Assembly: GCF_000315625.1 (NCBI RefSeq)
Contig: NW_005434616.1
Span: 62,001-126,000 of the forward strand
Origin: Guillardia theta CCMP2712
Lineage: Eukaryota; Protista; Cryptophyta
DNA: 64,000 nt
Reading direction: 5' to 3'
The notes under the pieces were generated by a model. The model was not told the DNA's origin. It made no database searches and was given only the letters and a program-made list of their open reading frames with translations. Every line of letters starts with the position of its first letter. Within the stretch, counting starts at the first letter, position 1. The translations under genes and the position numbers were made by a program. This document shows, piece by piece, positions 46,607 to 57,799 of the stretch.

Positions 46607-48700
46607 CTACAGCAGCTCATTCGACTTGGTGATGCTCGCGACTATCTTGTCCGGCGTCATGTCGTCCAGCGTCAAGCAGTCCTCCAGCTGAAACCTTCCC
46701 TGGAACGCAGACTGACGGTCAAGCGGAGTACGGAGGGATACGGGGGACGGGGGACGTGAGTGGGAAGGGGGAGGGCAGGACATGGACGAGCGGCGGATGG
46801 GGGGGGGGGGGGGGGGGGGGGGGGGTTGGAGAGACAACGGAATGGATCGTCTTGCCTGATGCGTGCGGACCAATTTCGTCATGTGAGCAGCGGTGCCAAG
46901 GTCGAGAGCGATGTCGGAGATGAGGCTGGAAAAATCATGAGAGGGGGGAAGGGAAGAGATGCGTGGAAACCTGCGAATGTACGTTCCTCCTCCGCAATCC
47001 ACATAGATGTGGAAATCCGGTGCTGTCTCTGGCACCAGAGGAGTGAGGTAAAGGAGCAAAGTTGCATGGAAGAGGAGGAGCGGCAGGAAGGGATGCAGGA
47101 GGGGAAAAGGCGCCAGTACCAGCAAATGGACGCATCAGCTTGATGCTGTGGACCCTGACTGGCCTTGGCTTCATCTCGACCTTGAGGGAAAAATCAGGAC
47201 GGGGAGGGAAGAGCGTCGGAAGCAGCGGCTCACCTCGACCCCTTTCCTTGCCAACTCGTACGCTCGCACTCCCTGGATCTTGACGGCAGAGTACATGGGG
47301 GGCCGCTGGAGTAAAGGAGGTGAGATGGGAGTGAGGAAGGGGGAGGGGGGGGGGACGACCTGCAGGATGTCGCCAATGTACGAGTCTAGGACCTTGATCA
47401 GCTTCTCATCGGTCAAATCTTCCCAGGGGTGAACTTCTCCGATCTTCAAACGTTCAAGTCACTTCCATGCCGAATCTCACAACCACCCTCGTTTCCTCCG
47501 CATCAAACTTGTTCACAACCCCACACCTGCGTTCCCTCGGCATCGCCCGTGTCCGTGAAGAAACCGAATCTTCCGACCTGTTTGCAAAAAGTTATGGGAA
47601 AGAACAGGGGAGTAAGAGCGAAGATTGAGCATGGGAAAGTGGACACAACGGGGGAATATAAAAGAGAAAGAGAAAGAGAGGAGAAGACGGGAAAAGATAA
47701 GAGATGATGACGATGACGATGAATGGAAAGGATAAATAGGCAGATGGAAAGATAGAAAGGACAGGGGAGCACAGGCGAACAACTGTTTTGTTCTGCATCA
47801 CCGCTTCATAAGCCTTCCTTCCCTTGGTGAAGAAGTCCATCTTTCGTGTGCCACTTCCTACACCGATTACAAGCACACCGGTAGCCATGGGGTCCAGCGT
47901 CCCACCATGCCCGACTTTGATCTCCGCCCTGAGCGTTACGATCGTAAAGTGCAGATCCAAAGAGCAAAGGGAGGAGGTATTAGGAGTAGTGGAATTTTGG
48001 CGTCTGCGGACAGGAAGAGGGCAACAGAGGACGACGGGAAAGAAGAGGAGCATGAGGATGAAGAAGGAAGATGAATATGACAAGAGCACTGACCCTTTCC
48101 TTGTAAGTTCAGGCTGGAGGCTTCGTAGGTGCCTGCTAATCATTGATCGGATCTGAACAAGTGTCACGGTCGTCCACCTCTTCCTTCGGGAACCTTGGCG
48201 ACAACATCGTAGGAGGTGAAGTTTTGAGGCTTGTGGACGGGAAAGATGCCATCGAGCCCCAGATCTGTCGCCAGTCGCTTCGCCCTCTCCCTTTCGATCC
48301 CTCTGTTTTGCTTTGTCCCAGCAGGCTTGCTGGAGGCCTCCTGCTTCTGACAGTTGAGCGGCATCATGGAGGCAGCTCGCCTCTTCTTCTCGGCTCTCAG
48401 AGGCGATCGACTGCAGCAGCATCTCCGTCACTGATCACTGTCCGTGCAAGTCTCGCTCACTCACATATCTGAGGCTCCGCTGGCGGATCGTGACAGAGGC
48501 TTCCTTTCCCCCTCCGTGTGGTACATCGCTTTCCATGCTGTCCACATGGATCGCGTGGCCGGGGAGGACGAGATGATGGCCTCCTTAGCAGGCCTGAGCG
48601 CGACTGAACGCAGCTGGTGAAAACCTACGTTGAGGCTAGGAAGAAGGTTGAGATGGGGAAAAAGAGAGAGAGAAGTAACCTCCAGGACATGGCGCAAGGA
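46607..48700 (-). CDS. truB: tRNA pseudouridine(55) synthase TruB, organellar type (start approximate)
   Basis: GIFPVHKPQNFTSYDVV, KVGHGGTLDPMATGVLVIGVG, TDTGDAEG, PPMYSAVKIQGVRAYELARKG, CGGGTYIRSL, AHMTKLVRT. Confidence 0.95.
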
Positions 48701-49520
48701 GCGACGGCGAGACAGAAGAGGAAGGGGCTGATTGACCTGCTAGTAGCCAGACTTCTCTTCACGTTATAGGAGGCAGTGAGTTCCAGTCCACAAGTACCTG
48801 CGAGCCAGAGACAGGAGGGCTATCACAAGCTGGAAGGAAGATTTCAACACCGATCACATGATCTGAGGGGCACGCGCTCATTCCTCTTTACATGCTATCT
48901 CCCCTGCCCTCCTAGAACTCCTTTCCTTGCCCTTCAACGAGCTCTTGGCCCCACATTCCTTCGGCCCCGTGTCCTTATCCCCGTCTTCCTTTAGGCTTAT
49001 CCTCACCCTCGGGGTTGTGAGAATCCTTGCCCGCTATGCTTGTGTCATGATCATCATGCAAGCCTTCCTATTCCTCGTCATCTTCTTCCTCACCATCCTT
49101 TCACGTCTTCTCCAGGTCCTTCTTGTCTTCCTCGTCCTTGTCCTCGTCCTCATGTTCAAATGTTCTCTTCCTTCCGTTTCGTTCCCTCTCTCCTTTCTCC
49201 ACCTCCTTCGCGTTTTTCTGCTCCCCTGTCCCCACTCTATCACATAATCATCCTCGTTTTCTTCATCCTCTTCATCCTTCTCATCGCCCTCTGAGTCTTC
49301 CTCCTCCTCCTCTCGTACCGCTTTCCCGCAGCGCCAAGGCTGCATTGCATGACCTGCACGGATATTCACGGGACCCCACCCTCCGAGCTAGTCGGTAGCA
49401 AAGTGTGGTTTTAAAAGGGAGGGGTGGATCAATGCTAGGGGCGGATCGCCAGCGGCAGTGAAGGAAAGAAAGGAGAACAGAAAGACGAAGAAAGAGGTCA
49501 GGAAGGAAGGAAGGCAGTCA

Positions 49521-49522
49521 GT

Positions 49523-49617
<95 letters not shown>
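49521..49617. repeat. (GGCA)n microsatellite
   Basis: Direct tandem array. Confidence 0.97.
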
Positions 49618-49723
49618 TGAGAGAGTCTTCTGGTCGCAGACATGTCAGTCCGCCGATCCTGGGACGATGTTCGGCTCGGTGTGAGAGGCCTCCTTTGAAT
49701 GTTACCTCGGCACTCTCCTCGCC

Positions 49724-52495
49724 ATGGTCAAGAACCTGAGAAGCGCAGCTCTCATCGTCGCCATCTACGGGGCTCTGCATGTGGCCGGCATCCACACTGG
49801 TTGTAACCCAGATCATTCCTCCAACTTGTTCTCACAATAATGCAACAGCTGACACTCAGCTTCGTCGAACCAGCCTCACGGGTAAGACTTAACGCCATTA
49901 TTGCTAGGATGTTGATGTCCTGCGCAGGGACTGCATCTCCACCTTCGAAGGGAGCTCACGCCTACACCTCGCTCGAGCCTCTTGTCTTCTCCTCCTTAGC
50001 AAGAGGTTTCTTCGTTGTTCCCTTGTCGTGAGGGCCCTCAATGAAGCATCAGGCTTGTGGACTTTGTATTGGTTGTTTGAGCATCTTATCGCGGAGATTT
50101 CATCTGCAGTCACATGGCCGTTCTTGAGGTTTTTTGATGATCCAAAGATTGAATGTTTTTCCTGAACTGCTGGACTTTGATAGTTACCGGAGATTCAAAG
50201 AGAAGATGCAAAGTGACAGCTCCCCTGAGCCACCTGTAAGTCTGCAGTCTTGTGTTAGACGCAAGAACTGATTCCTGACTCTCTAGCCATGGGAAGATTT
50301 CGAATATCCTGTCGAGTCTCTCAACGATGATCATGTGGTACCGAGGTATTGACTTGGTTATGATGATACGCGAATCTGTGTTGAGCGAGAGGATCTGCTT
50401 GCAGTGCTTGTCATGCTTTAAGAAGACGATGATATTCGTGTCAAAGTGGTTCAATGTTTGGGGAGTGATTGTGATGATGACGTGCCACAGTTAGAAATCT
50501 GATTGATATCCTCACGCAGTTGGAAGTATGAGAGCATGAAGGACGCCATCGAGCAGGCGAGGAGCGGTCAGAGGATCTATGCTCGCAAGGTCCAACAAGC
50601 TCTTCCTTGCCTTCCTGACTGAGCCTCAGGGAGATCATCACTGGGACGCGAAGATTACATTGCAAGGCCCCCACGACACGCGAGGAAAGATAAGATGGAT
50701 GCACGTGGTACTTCCCACTGGAAGCTTGAGGTGAGCGCTCGCTGATACAGCATGGAAGATAGGGGAGTACGACGCTCGTCTGTGGGGCAGATGGTCCATC
50801 TCCATCAACACGGGAGGAAGGTGAGGGAAGAGGCGGCAAGGGAGAGCACTAAAGGAAAGAAGCTTCAAAGGCCTCAAGTGCGCATACGAGACGGAGGGAG
50901 TGAGCTGGCCCTGCGTTCTAGTCAGAGGAAACCCTTGGATGTTCGAAACTTGTCAAATAAGGTTGTTGCCTCCACATCTTCGCTTTCTCTTGCTCTGCGA
51001 ACTTCAATTTCTTTCTGCACATTTCGGCTTGATACCTTCATCATTTCTCCCCCCTTCGCCTGATTGTCTTGCAGATGCGCTGGTGCGTACGCCATGATGT
51101 GCGCCAAGTCATCAAGAGTTACCGTCAGACGATGTGGAGTAAGTACCCCAACGCTGACCTGTCAATCGGGAATCAGAAAGGAAGAAAGGGAGGAGCAGGA
51201 GCAGGAGGACAGCAAGGAATGGAGAGTGCATTGCATGGGCTGAGTCTTTACTCAGGTGGGGGGGATGGGAGGGGGAGCTCGACGAGCAGTATGCTGCGTG
51301 ATGATCATGGACAGCAGCTGGTGTTGCCTTCAGAACTCACAGGTGGACTGAGGACGCGTTCCTGCTCCTTCTCACTGCTGTTGGATCAGATTGACGAGAC
51401 TGAATATCAAAGTCCGGGAATCAGGCTCATTGAAAATGGTCAGAAAGCATTCTTGCCCTGGATCCTGCATACACCTCCTCTGGACTCGCTGAAATGCTGT
51501 GATTCAGGGAAGGCTGTCATTGAAAGCTGCGTCTTCCAGCGAAATGGCTACGGCATAGCAGTAGACAACAATGCAAAGGTAGGCATGAGTGAGAAGGGAG
51601 AGGGAAGTGACGTTGCTGCTGGAAGGTGAAAGTCCGGGGATGCATTCTGAAGGAGAACAATCATGCAGCTTTCTACGCTGGTTGGGACGCCTCAAACTCG
51701 GAGATTGACATCCGACAGTGCGCGGTCTATGGGAGAGTCTGGCACTCGAGCGATAGGCCCGGAAAACTTTCAGAGTGCGACAATCGGTGAGATTTCCTTC
51801 CTTCTTCATAGAACTTTGTCATCCTTTCCTCCTGTCCTCTCCCTTGCTTGTTTGTCTCTTCCCGATGCTCCTCTTGCAGTCGGCTCCTCTGTCTCCTGCA
51901 TTGACTTGGCTGCAGCTTCACTGTCTCCTCGATGACACAATCATCCATGATCGTGGACCCTGAGCTGGCAGCAGATGCAGTCGGTACCCTCTGCATTTTA
52001 TCTCACGTCTGAGGTTGCAAGCAGACGAGTGAGGAAGATAAAGACGATCTTTCATGGCGGTATGGGAGGACGCCAGGACGGAAGTGAGAGCTCAAGTTTG
52101 TTTCATCTCCTTCTTTCCCTTGACGTGTGCTGCAGGGGGTTTACTGCTCCTGGCTCAGAGCTGGGATCGCTTAGGGAGAGAATGGTTTCGAGGAGGATGA
52201 GCTTTCCCGACCTCCGGGGCCTTGAAATGCACACGAAATCTTCCAAGGTGAGCGCAGAGGAATCAGTGAAGCTCGCGCTGATGCAGTGGAGCAGGCGGCA
52301 GAGGAAGGGGGTGGGCAGGAGGAGGAGACGGTCAGTCGAAAGCGAGGGACCTCCAGGGACTCGCAGCGGTCGGACTTGACGCCGAGGTGGATCAGCGCGA
52401 AAAGTTTCATAGGGAGAAGCAGATCGATAGCAGAGATCACGTCGGGGACATACGAAGAGACGATGCAGACGCGAAGTAGCAGCACTCAAACATAG
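49724..52495 (+). CDS. Right-handed beta-helix (pectin-lyase-like) domain protein, signal peptide; boundaries uncertain
   Basis: MVKNLRSAALIVAIYGALHVAG, YESMKDAIEQARSGQRIYARKGDH, RLWGRWSI, KAVIESCVFQRNGYGIAVDNNAK|VKVRGCILKEN. Confidence 0.6.
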
Positions 52496-52542
52496 GAGGA
52501 GAAGAGATGGTGATTGAAGTAGAAGCAACCAAGGGTAGCGAT

Positions 52543-52718
52543 TCAGTCAAAGATGATGTGCTTCGGTTGAGCGTTCACTACTGATGGTCCTGGCCGCCTC
52601 CAGACCTGCTGTGGCAGAAGTGAAAAGCGGAGAGAGGATACAAGGGAAAGGTGTTGGGGCAAGGAATGCCCTAATTCTGCTGGTAGGAGAAAAAACAGAA
52701 CAAAACTTGCAAAAACTG

Positions 52719-52783
<65 letters not shown>

Positions 52784-54466
52784 AAGGGGAAGGAGGGAAC
52801 CTGTGGCTTCTGCTTCTGCTTCTGGTCCTTCGCATGCTGTTTCAACGGCTGAATGAAATAAGTGAACGAGGAGTAGGAGATCGCAGCAACGCGACTTACA
52901 CGCCCGAAGGGGAAGCTTCCACTGGTCGGATCCCTGCGTGACTCCAGCTTCGAGATCATCCTCTGAGCCCCATGGTCAGGAGAGAAGGAGAGAGACGGAT
53001 CGACCAACCTGATGCCTCTTCCTCAGCTTGTTGATGAGTGCGACTGCCCAAGGACCTTGTCATGGAATTGACACGCTCGTGCCTGCCCTCTACCTGCTTT
53101 CATCGACTGGCGGCCCTCCTTCACTCTTCGGTCCTGCTCCTCCTCCTCCTTCTTCTTAGTCAGCTTCTTCAGCTCATGCGCTCTCCTATGAGGATTCATC
53201 TTCATCTTGGAATGATCCCTCTCCTGACTCAGCTCCTCCTCAGCTTCCTCCTCCTTTGTCGAGCTCTTCATCGCCTCATCTGCTAAGAGAGGTGCTTCAA
53301 CTCTCGTATCACAGTGTTCATCCTCACCCTCTTCCGAACTTTCTTCCTCTATCTGCATAATCCCGTCTTCTATCCATCTAGTCTTCAATTTGAATCTCTT
53401 TCCATCCGCTTCTGTTCTCGTCCCATAAGTTTCCTCCATCATCGTTACCAAGTCCTGTGCAGCAATCAACAGCCCTGCTCATGCTGAAGACATCAACAAG
53501 CTCTACCTTTTCTTTGGCTTTCTTGTCAAAGGATTGGATCTCTTCCCTCTCAGGAGTTTCTTCCTGCCTTTCTCGTTCGTTTTCCTCTTTCTCTTCTCCT
53601 TGTTCAGCGCCTTCCCAGTGGAACATCCTGCCTGTCTGACTCCACAATGAGCGGACCCGTGACAGTTCGGACTTTCTTTCAAGGAGCTTCTCAGAAGAAG
53701 GTAGCTCTACATTCTTCTCGGACAACTCCTCCTCCTCTCCTGGTAAGCCTTCTGGATCATCATTCACTGCAGCCTTGCGCCCTTTGTTCCTCGCTTTTGC
53801 ATTTTTCACTCCTCTTTCCGCTTTTTCATTCTTTTCTTTCTTCTTCACACGCTGAGATTCAATGATCATCAGACAACGACAACCTTCAACCATTGACTCT
53901 TTTCACCTGTCTACTGGGGTATTTCTTGTCTGGTTCTGCATAAATCCGTTCAAGAACTTGATCTGCTGGTACCAGTGTCTGGAGCTTTCGTGACTCTCCC
54001 ACTTCCCTACCAGTTTGTCTACCTTTGGCGGAGTCTTCCCCTTCGTCGTTGGGGCTCTCACTTTCAGCTGAGCACACAACGTCATCATCCTACACCAGCA
54101 AGGCCTCGCCGATCACCATGACAGGCGCCGTCGATTCGAATTGACAGGCAGGAGCAGGGAATTCAGTCAAGAGGCTCATCAAAGGGTCCCCTTGAGTAGC
54201 CAGCGTGGCTTCATCAAGGCCTCTCCTGCCCAATCGAGTCAAGGAAAAGAAGAGCATGACACCTCTCACCCCTGCTTCCCTCCTCGGAGGACTAGAGCCA
54301 CGCGGAAATGTTCGTTGGGGAAGCTAGCCGCCGGCTCCGACATGCGTCCTCTCTGAGTGTAGGACTCGAGGAGAGGGAACCATAGAGCTAAAGAAATTAT
54401 CCACAGCAGAGACCTTGCTGTGCCGCTACGGGCCGGGACGGGACCAAGACCCGCTCCTCGGACCAT
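52543..54466 (-). CDS. Hypothetical charged (Glu/Lys-rich) protein with N-terminal hydrophobic signal and LRGG motif
   Basis: SLLWIISLALWFPLLES...VALVLRGG followed by a chain of charged exons. Ends PKHIIFD*. Confidence 0.6.
52718..52781. repeat. (GAGCAG)n microsatellite, intronic
   Basis: Direct tandem array. Confidence 0.95.
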
Positions 54467-54801
54467 CTCGATGTCTTCATTGTACATTGAAAGTCGGTCT
54501 TTGCCCGCTGCTCTCCTGATGACTCCTCACCATCGACCTCCGTGCTCGTCCTCCCCTCATCTCATTCTTCTCCTCTTGCCTCCTCCTCCTCCTCCTCCTC
54601 CTCCTCCTCCTCCTCCTCCTCTCATTCTCGACGCCTCCCCATCCTCACCCCCAAGGCGCCTCCTTTCCCTGACATGATGCGACCACTCGTGACCTCATCC
54701 CCGCACATATTCTGAGGATGAGGGCGATGAACTGGGCGATGAAATCGTTCACAAAGTCGCAATAGAGGATTCCTTCTTCCGCCCTCTCCCCCCCCCCCCC
54801 A

Positions 54802-54901
54802 NNNNNNNNNNNNNNNNNNNNNNNNNNNNNNNNNNNNNNNNNNNNNNNNNNNNNNNNNNNNNNNNNNNNNNNNNNNNNNNNNNNNNNNNNNNNNNNNNNN
54901 N
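54802..54901. other. Assembly gap (100 N) following a poly-C tract
   Basis: Run of n characters. Confidence 1.
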
Positions 54902-55131
54902 CATACTCTACCCTCCTTCTCTTCGCTCCTACTCGTCTTCTCTCCTTGTTGCTTTCCTTAGACCTTCTTCTCACTTCCTTCTCCGCCCCCCACGAATCCC
55001 TGCTTCCCTATTGTCACTGTCTTGTTGGTCCTGGAAAGATTGCCATACCTTCTGCCCATCATCATCATTCACCGCTCGTTATTTTTGTTCCCCTCTTCAG
55101 CTCGGTCGCAGTTTTGACTTTAACCCATGGC

Positions 55132-57763
55132 ATGCTAGCATGCGAGATGCGGTCGTGGACACGACGCTGGTTACTGGGCCTTGTGCTGTACTTCGCTGGA
55201 TTAGGACTTCACAGAGGACTGCAAGTTGAAGCGCTGCATCGAGAACAAGATCCGTCCAGACTCTTGTCAAGAGATCAAACATGGCGCGCAAGGATCACTC
55301 GACATCAGCATGGGCTCCGACTAAAGGGGGGGATCAGTGAAGATGACAACTTTCCCTCCGACAGCGTTGGGAGATTTTCAAGTTCCACAGCTGAGCATCA
55401 GGCTGGTAGAGTCGAGCAGGTGAGAGGAGGCGCAAGTTGACCATGATGTGACAAGGAACATAGCACTGCGACGAGAATATTCCCAGGGTGTACCGAGCCA
55501 AGTGGTCGAGGTAGGGACGAGGAAGCGTGGCAGGAGGTCTGATGGCTCAGTGATAGCACGTGGAGTCAACTCGTGTACCGATTCTCTTCCGTATCGATCG
55601 CCATCATCTCGCTTGCAGTGGTGTGGAACAAGGTAGAGATCACTCGGACACTTGTAAGATGTCAACCTGACCATGAGTTGATCCCGTTGCGATCCTTCTC
55701 TATCGCTCAGTCCGTGAAGTATCCATTCTTCGAACCTTACGTCCAACCAACCTCGCTTATAAGTATCTCCATCTTCGTATCATTTTTCCGCAAGGCCGCG
55801 TCATGGCTTATCAGAGCTCTTGTCTTCCGTCGAATCGCTCACTTCGGTGAAGGGACTCAGTTGACTTCAACGCCTGATGCGGGCTTGCAGTGCTCGCTTT
55901 TTTCATCCTGCCTGGTCCTTGGCTCATGGGAGAATCGTCGCTTGAGGCTGTCCATGTAAACTTGTTCATGGCCGGTACAGGTCAGTGATGGAAGAGACGC
56001 AGCTGAAGGGATCGACGATGAGGAAGTTCAAGGACGACATCAGACAGAGGAACGGGGCTTGTTGGGGTTTGTGTGTTGTGACCTGGTTCCTGGTATTTGC
56101 AGATGCAAGATCGGAAGGACAATAATGGAGCAAGACTTGAATGGAGTTGACATCAAGATCATCACAGCCGGTATGACTAACGGGGGATCGGTGCCCGGGC
56201 CCTGATTTCTTTGAAGACGGCGAACCGCTAGATGCAATGTTTTTCCGCTCCAAGGTGAATCCCACTATCTTGTCAGCGCTGTAGAAGACTGGTGATTGTG
56301 CGATGAAGAACAACACACTTGGAGGTCCGACGATGGTGCGATTCAACGGGAATGCGGAGGTAATGTCATTGGCTGTCTGCCTGCAAAAGGATGAGAACAC
56401 TCCTTGACATTCATCATACAGGCTTTTGAGATGCTCGACAACAGCCTGGTCATCTTGAGTGACTTTCTGCGTGTTCCCTCCTCACCTTCAATCAGATTCG
56501 TCTGTATCTCCGCGCGGGCTGCAACGTCATGCTGTGCAATTACAGAGGTTTGTTCTTACACATGTGTGATCCGGCCTGACCTGGAGGACAGGAGTCAATC
56601 CAACTCGACGGAGCAGAAAGTTCGATGCGTCATACTCCACTTCCAGGGATCTGAAGCTCAAGGAGGACTCGTCAATACTGCAGAAGACTGTAGGGAAGTT
56701 CGTGAGGTACCATCACCATCCCGCCTCCCGTTCACCCTTCCTGAAACTCAACGCTCGCAAAGAAAGCTGGAGAGGCTTGTCAACTGGTGTGTAGTGACGG
56801 AGAGAGATAGTATGATCTTGGACGCTGAGGCTGTGGTGACGGCTCATCGCTGCGCTCCTGCACCCTGACATTCCTTCAGCTGCAGTATCTCATACGAGTT
56901 CACCAAGTGCGGAGGTCGCGGTGATCAGAACCAGCGCAGATGTCTGTGTGTGATGGTGTGGGACAGGCTGTTGGTCTTCGGACATTCCATTGGGGGTGCA
57001 GTGGCTGCTATTCTCTCGGACAAGTACCAGGTGATAGGAGGACGACTGAGGTGTTTGCATCTCATGGGTGTGCGGCAACAGACTCCGACATGCAACAGCC
57101 GATCCTTCGCCAGGCTGTCCAAGATTGTGAGCATGATGACATCGCAATTTTTGTGCCGGTGGCCCAGCTGAGAAAGTAACAACTAGGTTGCGATCCATGG
57201 ATCTATGGTTTTGTCGCAGATATTTCCCTTCCTGCCCCTCCTTCCCTTCAAGTTTGTTTTCCGAGCCTTGTGACTGCAGCACTGGGTCAACCTGAAGAGA
57301 TGACAGCTGCTAACAGGTGCTGGTTGCTCTGTAAGGTGAGTGGGTGGGAAATGGAAGTGGCACGACGATGGCCAAGAATTTGCCGAAGCAAATGGACGGG
57401 TAGGGCTGAAGCCACCAACAATCGCAAGAGACTAACGTGGCTGACGGTAGAGTACTGTGTCGGGGACAAGATTATCCCTTACACATGCTCGCTGCATCAC
57501 GCCGTGCACAAGGTAGAGGAGGCGGAGCTCAAGTGGTTGTAGACCTGCTAACGAGCCGGGAAGATGAAGGGAGACGTCCCAGCATCAGGTTCCAAGGGCA
57601 GTTCCCTCTCCCTGGAGGTGCTGGATGCCGACAATCATAACAGGTGAGGGCTGCTGGGGAGCAGTTCAGGGATGACCAGCCGGCCAGGATCTACACCAAG
57701 ACTGAGCTAGCAAAGCATGTCAGTTTGATGCGCAGAGCTCTGAGGCTTTCAGCTCGAGCGTGA
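55132..57763 (+). CDS. Alpha/beta hydrolase (GHSIGG), signal peptide + LRLKGG, TM segments
   Basis: MVRFNGNAE, MILDAEAVV, LLVFGHSIGGAVA, NSRSFARLS, GWEMEVARRW, GDKIIPY, DNHN. Spliced stop at 57761-57763. Confidence 0.8.
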
Positions 57764-57799
57764 GGGAGAGGAGGACAAGGGTCGACTGATTTACACACC

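Noticed and set aside
54645-54974. ORF spanning the N run
   Set aside because: It is an artefact of the assembly gap.
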